Under the pieces are notes generated by a model. The model had not been told where the DNA came from. It saw only the letters and a program-made list of their open reading frames with translations, and made no database searches. Both the position numbers and the translations under genes were made by a program. A stretch of DNA of 64,000 bases from the human T2T-CHM13v2.0 reference genome, Homo sapiens: NCBI RefSeq assembly GCF_009914755.1, contig NC_060930.1; one strand, given 5' to 3'. Positions 1 through 14,693 of the stretch are shown piece by piece. Positions within the stretch are counted from its first letter, which is position 1; each line of letters starts with the position of its first letter.

Positions 1-790
1 TTTCCTAATAGTCTGAATCAGTGAAATATACGTATGAAAAAAATATTGATTCCTATCTTACATCATATCTTAAAAAATTAGTTCCAGGAAAATTACAAAT
101 ATAAATATGAAAGCTGAAACAATTCAAACTCTAGTTTAATAATAGGGCTCTTTCATAACATTAAAGTGAAAAATTGTTTATTAAGCAGGGCACACACAAA
201 AGGATAATAACTATAAAATAGGTGATTAATAAGTTTTACTACATAAAAAATAAGAATGTCTATTCACAAAAATGTCTCTTAATAGAGACTGAAAGTCAAG
301 CCTGACAGTAGGAAAAAGATATTGGCAATACATCTCTCTGAGGAAAGTCTCCTATCTAGAGTAGATAAAGATATCCTATTAATCAATAAGAAAAAGATGA
401 CTCAATAGATAAATGTGCAAAAATCCTTGTTGAGCACCTCTGAAAGAAGACATCCAAGTGGCTAATATGCATGTGGAAAGGTGTTAAATCTCATTAGTCT
501 TCAGGGAAATGAAAATTTAAGCCATAATGTAACAACAACACTACATATCCACCACAATGGCTAAAATTAAAAAGATCAACAACACTCAGTGTTGGTGAAG
601 ATGTGAGGTCCAGCTGAAATTCTCATATCCTGACTATGTGCTGTGGTGTTATACAGTATGAATTGAAAAACAACACCTTGAAAAACTATGTGATGGGATC
701 TACTACAAAAACTATATGGTGGTATCTACTTCATTGTGGTATATGAACATACATATACCACAAGACTCAGCAATTCCACTCCTGCTGTTT
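1..790 (+). mobile_element. Old L1M (L1ME/L1MC-like) fragment, 3' end of ORF2 region
   Basis: A-rich degenerate L1 motifs, e.g. 'gacatccaagtggctaatatgcatgtggaaaggtgttaaatctcattagtcttcagggaaatgaaaatt' and 'actcagcaattccactcct'. Boundaries approximate. Confidence 0.75.
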
Positions 791-882
791 GCTGGGCAGC
801 CATCTCTCACCCACATCTTTAAGGTCTGCCCTCTTACTGATGTCCAGTGCTTTTGAGGGCCCAAGGCAGTGCCTCACTGTGG

Positions 883-1718
<836 letters not shown>

Positions 1719-2154
1719 GTGGCCATTCTCTGCCCAGGGTGCTAACTATGGAAGCCCTTCTGGTGACCAAATGGTACTGCAGTTTCTCCTATCTCAACTG
1801 GACCTGAGCCACACTGAGCTCCTCACAGACACAGGGCGCAGTTGTGTGCTGTATTTCATGACAGAAGTCTAAAGCAGTTTTGCTTGTGCCCCCATTCACA
1901 CAAAACCCCTTGGATTTTCAACTACTCCTGCCTGCTGGCACTCTCTCCACAGACAAAGCCTAGTCCATGGGTTCTGATCAGGAAACAGACCCCATGCTGT
2001 CCCCTCCATCTGTGTCTTGCCCCTAGGCCCCTGTCATCAACCTTCTGTAAGTGCAAACAGATGCCTGCAGGCTGCTTGTGACATTCATTACTCAGACACC
2101 ACAATTCTAGCTCTTGCTTTAGGCCCCTTGGGACTCCTGCTACATGGTGTGTCA

Positions 2155-2620
2155 TTTAGGAATTCTTTGGGCTACAAGTAAGAGAAATCCCAGCCAATGG
2201 TACCTTAAATCAATAGGCACTAGCTTTTCTGATTAAGAAATTGGGAGGTAGGTAGAGGCTGGTATTGGTTCAGCTGCTCAGTTGAATCATCAGGGAGCCG
2301 GATGTTTTCTATCTGATCGCTGTGACATCCTTAGTATTGGCTTTTTGTCCCTTATCTTTGCCATCTCATAGTTACAAAATGGCTATGTAGCTCAAAGCAT
2401 CACGACCATGTGCAGTACAGAAACAAGGGGGAAGAGATAGTATAGCTCACGCTATGTCCCACCTGTCTCTTTTATCGGAAAGGAAAGCCTTCCTTTCCCC
2501 AGCTCCCACCCTCAGCAAACCCTGATGTCTCCTTTGTCAAAACCATGTCACATGGACACGCCTAGATACAGAGGACACTGGAAAGTGAATATTCAGTAGT
2601 TCAAAATGGCCTTTGCATAG
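2155..2620 (-). mobile_element. MaLR LTR (MLT1J/K/L-like), degenerate
   Basis: 'ttaggaattctttgggctacaagtaagagaaatccc' and 'ccatgtcacatggacacgcctag' resemble the reverse strand of old MLT1 LTRs. Confidence 0.5.
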
Positions 2621-4096
2621 CCAACTAGCAGTGCCAAACAACAGTCACTCAGAAACACAAATCGAAGCAAAACTGTTGTATAATCCACCTAGAATGGAAT
2701 AATTGGGAGCTGGATTTACCTATTCAGCTTGGCTTTCTTTGGGGACAGATATGTACTTTCATCTTCCCCATGCAGGCTTTGAAATTACTTGCTTGGTTTT
2801 TCTGTGTTTCCAGTCAAAATGAGGTTTTCCTTTGGTAAATATAACGATTTTCTAATAAAAGTGCCAAATTATTTTATTGAGTGGTGACTTTAGACTTTCC
2901 TCCCCGCTACTTATTTGAACATCAGAGTCAATTCCCCCAGTGTCATTCTAGACAATTTGATAGAGTAAAGGAATGAGAAGCCTCTGCTCAGTCAAGTGTC
3001 TGATTAATACAGGTGCAGTATGCAAATTGCTAACTTTCTAAAAATTAGAATCAGATAAAACATGCTTACAACTGCTCTTACAGTATCTCTTCTTTTTCTC
3101 AATCTCTTAACATCTTCTTCCCAAACATTACCTGTTATGTGTGGTAGGATGTTACCTTTTTGAGACTGTTGTTAATTTTCCCTCTTTTCTTAGCCCTAAT
3201 CACTTCCCTCTAGACTCCTACGCCTCTCTGCCACTCTTTGCTGATTGTCTTATATGGACAAATCATAAATCCAACTGAGAAAATGGCAGGTTGCAGAGTG
3301 TTTACACCAGTATTAAATTTAATCACAATACACACCCTTATCTGGACATGGCACCTCCCCACAAAAAATAGATACCCATTTATCCATAAGACGTTTTTCC
3401 GACCTACTTCCTCTGTCATCGCTAGGCAAGTATTTCCAATCTGCTTTCATATTGCGTTTACGGCAAATGCAGTGTGTCAGGAATTCTAGATTATCTTTCC
3501 CAATGTAGTGTGAGGGGGTGAATTGACAAGTTGTTTCTGTTTCTTTGTGTCTACCTGTACTTTTTATGTACAAATAGAGAGTGTACTGAAAATTGTTGCT
3601 ATTTAATGATTCCTTCCTTCAAAACATCCTATGAACCTGCTCACAGCTCTCAAAACATCAAAGGCATGATGCAGTGCAAAGCTAAAGCCTTAATGGGAAA
3701 CCAGAAATAGAAGAGTTGGTTTGGAAAATGCAGGATGTGCCAATTAAGATGGGAAAGACAAAGAGAAAGCCTGCACATCGAGTTTTAGGACACAGAAAAG
3801 AGAGAAAATGGGAGTTTTAACGGTTAGAGTCTGAGAGGTGGGCAGCCTGACTGATGAGCTGAGTGACCAGAGAATCAGCATTCCAACACGGAGGTTTCTA
3901 TGTGTGGCTGAACATCATCTCCTGCATCGAACAGCCACCAAAAGCTGGACTCCACCAGTCAATGGCCAGTGAAAGACAGAGCAAGCCTGGTGTTGAGAGC
4001 CTCTGCTAGCACACACAGCTTCTGAAAAAAAAATTTTTCACGGAATGGGTTTAATAGGAGTCTTAAGTTTTTTCTTTTTGTAAAATGTGTTTTTTA

Positions 4097-4379
<283 letters not shown>

Positions 4380-4409
4380 TGTGTTTTAAAAATTTGTTTG
4401 CATTCTTTA

Positions 4410-4645
4410 AAATGGCTTTATTGAGATATAATTCACATACCATATAATTTGCCCACTTAACGTGTATAATTCAATGAGTTTGGTATATTGCAGTATTAAC
4501 CTTTCTATAATTGTGGTGAGAAATATAACACCAAATTCATCATTTTAACAATTTTAAGTGTACAATTCAATGACACTAATGACACGCATCGTGTTGTGCA
4601 ATCATTACTACAGTCCATTTCAAATTTTTTTTCATCATTCCGATA
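4410..4645 (-). mobile_element. L1M (L1MB-like) 3' end fragments
   Basis: 'ctttattgagatataattcacataccat' and 'tttaagtgtacaattcaatg...gttgtgcaatcattac' are typical antisense L1M 3' ends. Confidence 0.7.
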
Positions 4646-4739
4646 GTATCTTTCCTTGATTTTGAAAGACGACATCTTCAACTGGGCAAACTGACAAAAA
4701 ACCCACTTAACTTTGGGCTGTCAAGTGTAGTCTTTGGCT

Positions 4740-4860
4740 GCCTGACATGTTGGCTCACCCCTATAATCCCAGCGACTTGGGAGGCCAAGGAGGATTGCTT
4801 GATCCCAAAAGTTTGAGACCAGCCTGGGCAACATAGTAAGACCCTGTCTCTTAAAAAAAA
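4740..4860 (+). mobile_element. FLAM / Alu left monomer
   Basis: 'tggctcacccctataatcccagc...gaggattgcttga...gagaccagcctgggcaacatagtaagaccctgtctc' plus A tail. Confidence 0.85.
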
Positions 4861-5330
4861 TGTCTACTCTTGGTTTGGTGAATGGGGCGTGGTGGAATTC
4901 AGCTCCCATGTCCCCCTTGGCCAGCCACCTGGTGCAGCACACACTCCCAGGCTTTCTCAGCAGCCCTGTTGATGCTGTCACTGAAGCACTAGGCCCAGAC
5001 AGGACAAGAGCTTGCCATCCAATGGGGAGAAGTGTTGGAGGGGAGGAGAAGGAGGATATTCATTGGTTGGGTACTGATGCTGAGCTACGCCCTATGCTGA
5101 GGGCTTGCATATCTCTCCTGAAAAGGACTGCTTCATGCTTTAATTCCATACGCAGTGAACTGAATAACATACCATACCTCAAAGTATCTCACAATTCTTC
5201 CAGTTCTATTGGAGACTCGGGGACCTGTGTAGCTGTACAGAGCAGAGGAGGTAGAAGAAAGGGGTGTTTGTGGAGGCAAAAAGAGGACTCTTGATGGGCA
5301 AATCTCTGATGGACAAATCTGTCCTACTCC

Positions 5331-5785
5331 TGTGCTAACTTCCTGGGATTACTGTAGCAAACTACCACAAACATAGGGACTTAATGTAAAGAAATTTATT
5401 GTCTCATGGTACTAGAGGACAGAGGTCCAAAATCAAGGTGTTGTCAGGGCCATGCTCCTTCCAAAGGCTCCAGGGTAGGATCCTTCCTTGCCTCTTCCAG
5501 CTGCTGGTGGCCCCAGGCATTTCTTGGCTTGTGGCTGCACCATTCCAATCTCTGCCTCTGTTTTCACATGGCCTCTCCTCTTCTCCATGAGTCTCTTCTT
5601 TTTGTGACCCTTATAAGGACACTTATCACTGGATTTAGGGCCCACCTGGATAATCCAGGATGATCTTATCTCGAGATCCTTAATTATATCTGCAAAGCCC
5701 TTTTTCTAAATAAGGTCACCCTTGCAGGTTCTGGGATTTAGGACATGGACACATCTTATTGGGGGCCACCATTTAGCCCATTACA
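5331..5785 (-). mobile_element. MaLR LTR (MLT1B/C-like)
   Basis: 'caaactaccacaaac...aaatttattgtctca...tccaaaatcaaggtgttgtcagggccatgctcc...ggatttagggcccacc'. Confidence 0.85.
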
Positions 5786-7202
5786 CTCCCATGTGCCCTT
5801 GGCCAACAGCAGTGAAGAATAAACCCTTTGATCCACCAAGAGGTGAGACCCAGTCCTATGTCACCTCTGTCTATTATAACAATGGTGGCAGAACCAAGGC
5901 CCAAGGCTCGTGCCAAATCTGCCATTTTGGAATGATGCCACCATTCCCATTTTATGTCCAGGTCACAGGACACAATCTCACATTAATGGATAGGCTTCCT
6001 ATTGGGTGTATTCACATGCAGGGACCATGGCAGCCTCAAAGAGAGACACTCAATTTTCTGGTTTGCTGTAGGGGGATGGCAGTGAGCTGAGGAAGCTGCC
6101 CCGGTGTAAGCTAGAGGTTGCCTGACCTCGAGGGGAATTTGCAACTCTTTGTGCTGCTTCTCTTCCCTCACTGATAGCTGAGGTGCAGGTGGAGGAAATG
6201 CTGCTTCTTTAAACAGAGAGCTTCATTTCCCTCAGGGCTTCAAGTGAGGTGCCTGGGGTGGAGACAGAGGGGCCTGCCTTCCCTGGCTTCCCAAGGTAGC
6301 TTTCCTATTCACCCCTCACTCCTTTTCTTTAGTGAGACAAAGCTCACAGGCTGGAGGAGAGGTGTGGGGAGAAGGACTCTACCACTCTACTTTTTTCTAG
6401 ATGTTCTCATGTGCAGAGAATTGGGCAACTTCTTCCTCCTGACACTCCCTAGCTTTCTCCTTTTCTAAGGATCCACTTATACACCAGCAGTGTCTAAGTA
6501 AAAAGGAATCGCAGATTCCTGCTAACATGGTTTGCTAGGTGATTTGTGCTGCTTATATATAATTTTTTTTTTTTTAATTTTGGAAAGATTGAAAGGAAGG
6601 AAGGCAGTCATGGGCTCTGCGTACACTTGGAAACATAAATGAGATGTAATTTCAAGACCTCCCTGATGGGCAATGTCAATATGGAGAATTCCCTGGAGAG
6701 TGAGAGCTTGGGCTCCACCAAGGGGGAGGAGCTGTGGTGGACAACAGGAGGTCAGCTTCCTAGCAGGTGAAAAGAGCCTGGACCTGGAGGGGAGGATTGG
6801 GGGATGAGGGAGGTGAGAATGAAGAGGGTAACAGGAGGCACACCATGCGCAGAAAGAAGACCAGGGCTCACCAAGACTCTCACAGGGTGGTCTATAGGAA
6901 AGGAAAGCCTGAGCGCAAGGGTGGGGCTGTTCAGTGGACAGTGTGGAAGGCTCTGAAACTCTGGTCTCCACTGCACTGGCGAATGCTGGGGAAAACCAGC
7001 AGTGATGCATTGGGAAGGAAGGATGCACACATCTGGGCGGCCTGTGGAATTACTATTTCTATTCTTGCTTCTAAATGGATGGGTAGGATTCAGACTTGAA
7101 CTTAGTACATTTATCCTATAAATGAAGGTCTTTCTGTCAGGGATCTCTGCTCCGAGTGGTTTCACAAATGAATGAGTAGGATGCAGGGTGTGACAAAAGA
7201 AC

Positions 7203-7420
7203 TAACATTTATTGAGCACCTACTATGTGTCAGGCACTGTCCTAGGGGCATGTGTGTGTGTGTGTGCACATATTGTCTCATTAAATCCTCACAGTGACTC
7301 TCTGAAGTTTGTTTTTGTCACTTTTGAGGAAATTGAGACTCAGAGAGCCAAGACTCTTTGGCCAAGGCCACACAATCAGGAGTCATGGACCCACATTCCA
7401 ACCTGGGTGCACCTTACTCA
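7203..7420 (-). mobile_element. MIR SINE
   Basis: 'taacatttattgagcacctactatgtgtcaggcactgt...aatcctcaca...gaggaaattgagactcagagag' MIR core. Confidence 0.8.
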
Positions 7421-8400
7421 AGGCCTGTTTGTTGGACAAGCTCTTACTGAGGTCAACGCAAAGCCTGATGTTGGTTCTCTCCCCTGCAGAGCGCCAAGCT
7501 GCCCCACCTCTCTAGGTAATCTTTCCCTTTCCAGCTCTCCTGTGGCTGGGTGTGGCTGAGCTGACACAGCATCTGGGTTTTTTTTCCAGACTGCACCCTT
7601 GGTAAGGTTCCAGTCTGGCTTATGGTGACGCTATTTCCTTTAGGGCCTGTCATCGCTTGTGGCTTTGCCTCTCAGCCCTCCAGTGGGTGACGTGCTGCCT
7701 TTGGTGCCAAGCAGTCACTCATTTGGAGAAGCCCAAGGCAGGATGGCATGCACTGGCATTCCCACACTAGCCACACTGGGCGGTAGGTGCTTTGGAGTGC
7801 GGTGTCTCAGTGGGTTCCACCCAAGCTCCATCAGCTCACAGCAGCTGCCTGGAGAGCTGACTCACACCCGTCCTCCACATCCTCCCTGATCAGAAGGACC
7901 CGGACTAGCTTTTTTTTTTTTTTTTTTTTTGGCTTTAAGGAAGTGCCTTTGAATTTCAAAGGTGCCAGCCTCCTGACCAAGTGGAAGAAAGTCAATCCCC
8001 TCTGCAGCTGGTCTTCCTGCTGCTCTCCTTGCCTGGTAAATTTGGAACTAGGGCTTTTGGGACAGCCTAGTCATAACACTGCCAACCACTCATTCTTGTG
8101 ATTGGACTGTGGGGTCCGGTCACAGTGTGATTAAATGGATGTAGTAATTGGAGTACAGCAGATACTCAACAAGAGGAGAGGCCAGGTAACCAAATCTATG
8201 CACCTCCTAGAATGTTTGGATCTGGCATTTACTGAGCAGGTTTAAGAGCCTAACTCCTTTCTGTTAGAATAATAGGATGTTTCAGAGTTAAGGTCACACC
8301 CTCTGGGGTAATCTTTATCACAAAGGTTGTTGAATAATAGGCCAATTTTTCAAGTTATTCTATGCAACCTCAACCTTGAACTTAAAGGGAAGCTAGAGAT

Positions 8401-9201
8401 TAAAACTCCTTTGCAAAGATTATGACAATGAGAAAATCTAGTGTGGCCAACTCCATCTTGCTTCTAGCCTCACAGGCTGTTGGTCTTCATTCGTTCATGG
8501 GTGTAGGCCAAGCTAAACATGAAAGGAATTTAGCTTATAGTTTATCTTTGAAGCAAGAATGATAATAGTCCTTCCCAAAAACTAACCTTCTCCTTGCTAA
8601 GGGACTAAACCACCTTTGAAAAACTAATAAAAGTTTAAAAGATTATGGTTATGGGAGGGGCCTGAACTCTGCTAAAATGTAGGTACAGTTAAACAATAAC
8701 CCACCATTGTTCCTAGCTTGCTTTTCTATAATTCCTCACTGCTCAGGAATTATGTGGTCAGAGATTACAAGATTTGTGACTTCCCCAATTGCTCCTATAG
8801 ATAACATCACTATTGTATAACCTAAGATTGGCCTTTGGAGATAGTTTTCAGACTTTTGCATTCTGGCGACTTACTTCACCTGGACCCATGACTCATGACT
8901 CAACCAGTCTTGTGGCCTCCACCAAGATGCTGACTCAGGACAGGAGGACCATTTTCCATACTCCTGTGAATTCATCCCCAACCAATTAGCAGCCCCCATT
9001 CCCTAGCCCCCTGCCTAACAAACAATCTATAAAATCCATAGCCTCTGAGTTCTGAGGGAGGCTGATTTGAGTAGTAATATCTCCTGTCCTCCTGCTCGGC
9101 TAGCCCTGCAATTATTAACCCTTTCTCTACTGCAATACCACTGTCTCAATGAATTGGTTTTATCAGTGCAGCAGGCAAAAAGAACACATCAGGTGATGCC
9201 A
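8401..9201 (+). mobile_element. Solo ERV1 LTR (LTR8 family)
   Basis: Starts 'taaaactcctttgcaaagattatgacaatgagaaaatct...ctccatcttgcttctagcctc', ends 'gcagcaggcaaaaagaacacatcaggtgatgcca'. Confidence 0.8.
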
Positions 9202-10629
9202 CTAGAAACTGGCACTAAGCTGGATTTGGGTTCTTTAATTTTGTTTCCTGCTTAATAGGTTATAAGGATCATTCCAAGTCATGGATAGAGTCATCCAGGA
9301 TGGGTGTATTGATGCCACTGTTAAGCCAGTGGGCAGCTGTGATAGAGGGAGCAGAGTCAGTAGACCTGGAAGTTTGCCACTAATGAGGCTTGGCTGCTAG
9401 GAAGGTTGTAATGGCTCTGCACTTGAGCTTGCCCATCTCTAACATGGCAGTGACAAGGCTTCCTTCTCAGGGAGGTGACCTCAGGCCTAGCATGGCCCAC
9501 TGGACCCTACGCTCCTTGAGAACAGGGGTCTCCCTTGTTCTTTGTTACATCCTCAATGCCAGGCATGATAAGGGCTTGATGAAGCTTTGTCCATTGGATC
9601 TTTCTGGGTTTGCCAGCCTTCCTCGTCTACACCACAGCCACGGTCTCGTATCGACAGGATCTGGATTGAGATTTGCGTTTGGATCATTCCAATCTATCCC
9701 ACATCTCCACCTATTGTGGGAATAGCTCTATTTCCAAAGACCAATCTACTTTTCCACGAGGCCACACCCGTGCAGTATGTAAGTCGGAAGCAGAAATGAA
9801 AAGGGGAAGAAAGTTGAAATACTAAAAGTGGGAGGAGAGAGGGAGAGTGTGGGAGCAAGGCCGGGACCCACCCCAAAAGAGATTGGAATACATGTGCAGC
9901 TTTAGTTCATGGCCTGCCAAATACCTCGTGCTGTGCCTCTGAATGGAAAATGGGGTAGAACAATGAGCTGGAATTAACATCGCCTTTGAAAAGCAACTGC
10001 TGACAGCAGGCGTTCTGCATATGCCAAGTATTGCCTTCAGACCAGAGAAGCCTTTTCTGGCCCACATGAGCCCCGTGACAGCCTGCAGAAGGCAACACAC
10101 CCTAGATCCCTAGATGGCTGTGACCTCCAGCCCTCTGTGCCCTGAGCATTTCTGTAGAAAATGTGTGTATTTAAAAAGGCCATGTATGTTTCTAGAAGGA
10201 AGGTGAAAACAAGATAGGTATTTGAGGAATTATATATCGATCGGGTACACATTTTGTGGCCTGGTTTAGCAAAGATGTATTACAGGTCTCAATCAAATTG
10301 CTCAGATAGACGAATGAGAAATTTCTGATTTGATATTATTTAGGAGTCAAGCCTGCCATTGCTGAGATTGTGGTACTTAAGGGAAAAGTGCCCTTTTACA
10401 TATTCTTGACATGTTCTTGATTTTGGTTAATGGTATTATTCTCCAGTTTTGAGCCAGAAAAATCTGGAGCCACCCATAACTCCAGGCTGTCAGTCACTTG
10501 CCACTCTCACCCACTTGGTCCCCTAACCCTGTCTGCTTCCTTCCCAGTCACGTTACACCTCTGTATCTTCATTGCTGCCTCACTGGTGTTGATGATTGAA
10601 CTGACTGCTCCTGTCTTCTAGAATTTTCT

Positions 10630-11066
10630 TGGTTCAGTTTCTTAAGAATGGCAGAGCAGACTTTATTCAAGGGGAGCCATGGCGATAGGGTATGGGGACC
10701 ACAGCAATGGGGTCTTGCGGTGGGGGAGAGAGATCGGACTCCACTTCAACTCTAGCGAGGACAAGTGGGGATTTATAACCAGGGAGCTGAGTGGGGTCAG
10801 GGGTGGAAAATGACTAAGAGAAAACATCAAGGATGAGGGGTTTCTGGCTAAACTGACTTGATCAGTTACTGCAAAAGGCAGGTCGGGGTGATAAGGCATT
10901 AAGGGTGGTAAGGCACCAAAGAGGGGATTTTTGCTAAAGTGAGCAGAATTCTTGCTCAGACTGGATTCTATGAGGACACAGAAGGAAGCCCAAGTTCAGG
11001 CCCCATCAAGCAGAGGACTTGGAGGAGCCTAGATAAAGTTTTGGTCAAAGGAAAAGAGTCTGTTAA
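10630..11066 (-). mobile_element. Solo ERV1 LTR (MER31/MER67-like)
   Basis: Minus strand begins 'taacagactcttttcctttgaccaaaactttatctaggctcctcc' and has AATAAA near its 3' end (plus 'ctttatt', ~10661). Confidence 0.7.
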
Positions 11067-11282
11067 GTTCAACCTCTGATTCTGCCAGATTTGGCTTTCT
11101 TTCAGAAAGTCCAACTAAACCATTTCCGTTGCACAACCTCCATTGTATGCCACTTTACACAGGGAAAAACGGGAGTAACGTGTTTAACCAGCAAGACAAG
11201 GCAGAGTGCAGTGGCGGAGCCCACGCTGGGGTGCGTGTCTCAACAACTGGCCTGGGTACTGCTTTGAGCCTCAGTGATGAGT

Positions 11283-11470
11283 CACTTTATTCATTCATTT
11301 ATATGGCAAATTGTATGAAGCACCTGTGACGTGCAGGCAGTGTTCCAGGCACTGGAGATGCGTCCTGGTCCTCTTGCAAGTTATTTTGCTGTGGACCAGC
11401 CTCTATGAGAATCAGGCACATAGGCAGAGGTATCCAGGGTCAGGGGCCTTCTAGGAAAGGCTGATCGCAG
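11283..11470 (-). mobile_element. L2 3' end fragment
   Basis: 'ttattcattcattt...gcacctgtgacgtgcaggcagtgttccaggcactggagat'. Confidence 0.55.
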
Positions 11471-12426
11471 AGCTAAGGCAAGAAGCTCGCTGAGGTCAGC
11501 CCACGTGGTGTCAGGAGTGGAGGCGGAGAGGCCCCAGCTGCAGAAACACAGGCACCTCCTTGCTTGTTGAGGTTTGTTTTAGGAGCTGTCAGGGAAGAAG
11601 GGAGGGAAATGGGGCACTAAAAATACCCACGGATGTTTCCAGAAACCTCTGATGTCTGGGCTCCCACTGTGGATAGCCTGCCAGATGGCTGTGTCTCCCT
11701 CAGAGCTGTGAAACCCACCAGTGTCAAGGTTGGATCAAAGGCGCTTTATGGCAACCGGTCAAAGAATCAACCAGAACAGCTTGGCGTGTAGGCAATCTGC
11801 CCAGGCCTGACCAGCCATGCCCCTCATGAAGAGGCCACATTGCCATTAGATATCCAAATTATAAGTGACTTCCAGATGCAACCCCAGTGAGCATCCTCTT
11901 CTGACTGTCCTCTGTTGCCACCCTTGGGGCTCTGCTTCCAGCTCTTTCAGCTCTATGTGGAGATTGGCAGCCCCCAGTGTGCTCTTGGGCCTGGAGGGAC
12001 TCTACACAGCTCCACACTCGGGCTCCCTTGTTCATCCCAGCAGCGGCGAGCTTGGCAAAGCCAGGAAGTCTGGGATGAGGCCCAGGAGTGTCTCCCTCAG
12101 CCTGCACGCAGCAGCTGATAGGAAACCACAGCTGCCAGCAGCAGCGGCTGCAGAATGCTTGTGAGGGGCACCCTGCTCATAGCCATGGCTCCTGGGACAG
12201 GACGGAGCATGAGCCTCCAGCAGAGGTGGGTGGGGGTGAAGGCGAGGAGGCAATAATGCCTGCCCCTGATGCGCAGGGACGCAGGTGCCAGGCTGTGCTG
12301 GGGAGCTGTTCTAGAAGCCTAGCCTGGACTGGAAGGGCCCTGCCTGTGGGGGTTAGGGCAGGATCAGAGGAGTTGGGCAGGCAGAACTTTCTCCTGGGGA
12401 AGCACAAGTCAGAGGCGGTGGATGGG

Positions 12427-12870
12427 TGTCTTAGATAGGTCCTTCTGAATGCAGACACTGAGGCAAGACTTCAAGCACAAATCATTTATTTAGGAGGTTA
12501 GGCCAGGAAGCATGGATGGGGGAAGGGAGACAGATAAGGGAGGGAAGCAAGGGGGCTTATTAAGCCATTTGCCACAGTGGGCACCTGGAGCTTGATCCCA
12601 CAGGGAGCTCCCGGAGACACTTTAGAACATGCCTTGGATTTAATCCATCTACGGGACGAGGAAGCTGGGCATTATCCAACAGTTCCTTGCTCATGATTGC
12701 TTGAGGCAGGCTTTCTGGGCAGTGACCTGGCACTCTGGATTCCCTGCAGGTGGACCTAGAAGGTTCCCCAAACCAGGCAAAAAGCAGAATGCCAGGGTTG
12801 GCAGTGAGCAGCCTCAGACATCGAGGGAAGTGTGGAGGGGATATGGGCTGAGTGCCAAGGCATCTTTATT
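12427..12870 (-). mobile_element. ERVL LTR (LTR16-like)
   Basis: 'tgtcttagataggtccttctgaatgcagacactgaggcaagacttcaagcacaaatcatttatttaggagg' resembles the reverse-strand end of LTR16-type LTRs. Confidence 0.55.
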
Positions 12871-13390
12871 AGGGAGTCTTGGCAAATAAGAGAACCTAAA
12901 CATGGTGCTGCTGGGAGGTCAGGCCAGAGAGGGAGCCCAAAGAAGGTGAAGTGGTGGGCAGAGAATGAAGGAATTCCTGGAATGGAGAGATGACAGTTAC
13001 CTCCCTTTTTAATGGAGTGCCTGAGCCTCTGCTGTGGAGGGGAGAAGATGCCACCTGCCACGGTGATTTGCTGGTCACTCTGGTCTCAAGGGGAAGCAGG
13101 ACTATTTTCAGGTGGGCCATGCCTTTCCTCCTACCCCTTCCTAAGCACTTTTAGGAGTATCTGGAGTATGGAATAGGCCCTTTAACCCACAGAGCTGTGA
13201 ATGACTTTTAATTAACAGGAAATGCTGTGGCACATAGCACATATAGCAGACATTGAATCTGTCTCTAATTAGAGACATTTTGAGGTTCTGAACAGCTCAA
13301 GTCTGCAATTCTCATTCTCCTTACATGCAGCCACTCGTGACAGAGGGAAGGGCCAGCACTGCTCCTGAGTCCTGGGCTCCTGGCTAAGGG

Positions 13391-13548
13391 TCCTCCTCCT
13401 CTTCCTCCTCTTCCTCCTCTTCCTCCTCCTTCTCTTCCTCCTCTTACTCCTCCTCCTCTTTCTCTTTTTCTTGCTCTTCCTCCTCCTTGTCCTCCTCCTC
13501 CTCTTTCTCGTCCTCTTCTTTCCCTTCTCCTCCTGCTCATCTTTTTTT
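13391..13548. repeat. (CCT/CTT)n polypyrimidine low-complexity tract
   Basis: tcctcctcctcttcctcctcttcc... about 150 bp, almost purine-free. Confidence 0.95.
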
Positions 13549-13949
13549 CAAACTGGTTGCCACCTCTAAAATTATACTTTGCTAAACAACAAAAAAACCC
13601 TTAAATATAAAAAAATAAAGTGGTGGGAGGATGTGGTTTATTTTGGTCTGCTTTAGGTTCTGGGTGCATGAGCCAGTGCTTATTTTCAGATCTGTCTATT
13701 CCTCTTTCTGTGTCTTGTGATCTCACTTAACTCATCCTGCTAGAGTCAACAGATCTCTCCGTGCACAGGAAGCCAGACTATCAAGGCAGCAAAGAGTTTT
13801 AAGGCAGCTAAGTGAACAGTTTTGGTTTTTTAAGTGGAAAATTCTTTAAACGTGATGCTACATTTTACTTTTGATAGGTGACTAAAACAAATCCAGGAGA
13901 TGGGAAATTCCATACCTGGTATTTCCTGAGGCCTGCCTAGCAATGGATC

Positions 13950-14632
13950 TGACCATTCTCTTTCCACCTGTGTGCTATCTTCCCGCTCTGAGCTGCCATC
14001 ATCTCCATTGCTGTGATCACTGTCATAGCCTCCCTCCTCCACTTTGCCTCCCTGCAGTCTGCTCTCAACACAGCAGCCTGGGTGACCTGTGAGAACATGC
14101 CAGGTCAACTTTCTGCTCTGCTCAGAATTCCCCCACAGTTTCATGGATTGCAGAGGCTGCTCAGTGGGCTGTCCCACCCCATCTCTCTGGCCTCCCTCCT
14201 ACTCTTCCCTGCTCTCACTCACTCACTCCCACCTCTCCTGCTGACCAGTCCCTTTGCTACATGCCTCAGGACCTTTGCACTTGCCGTCACTCTCTCTCTC
14301 TAGAATGTTCTTCTCTTGTTCTCTAGGTGGCTTATTCCTTCAGGTTCTTGTTGACTTGCTGCCTTCTCACTGAAGTTTTCTCCAATTTTTCTATTCAAAA
14401 GTGGACACTAAACCACCTTTCCTATTGCCATCTTGCTTTGTTTTCCTCCATAGCCCTGTGTGCTATCTAATATAGTATACATTTTCTTCTTATTCATTTT
14501 GTTTACTGTCCATCTCTCAGTGAATGTGGCCTATTGAGAACAGGCATTTTATCTGAGTTTTCACTGCCTTATGTCCAGCACAGAACAGTGCCTGGCACAT
14601 AGTCAATGTCCAAAAACACTTGTTGAATGAAT
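13950..14632 (+). mobile_element. L2 (L2a-like) 3' portion
   Basis: 'ctctcaacacagcagcc', 'cctcaggacctttgcacttgc', terminal 'agaacagtgcctggcacatag...ttgttgaatgaat'. Confidence 0.85.
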
Positions 14633-14693
14633 CCGTGGCAGGCTTCAGGGTGGTAGGACAGGAAAGAGAAACACCTACTGGGCTTCCCTTAAC

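Noticed and set aside
6522-7165. 168-aa and 137-aa ORFs
   Set aside because: No known domain or convincing gene structure, and consistent with chance ORFs.
13265-13540. Arg/Gly-rich 91-aa ORF
   Set aside because: Translation of the (CCT)n low-complexity tract.
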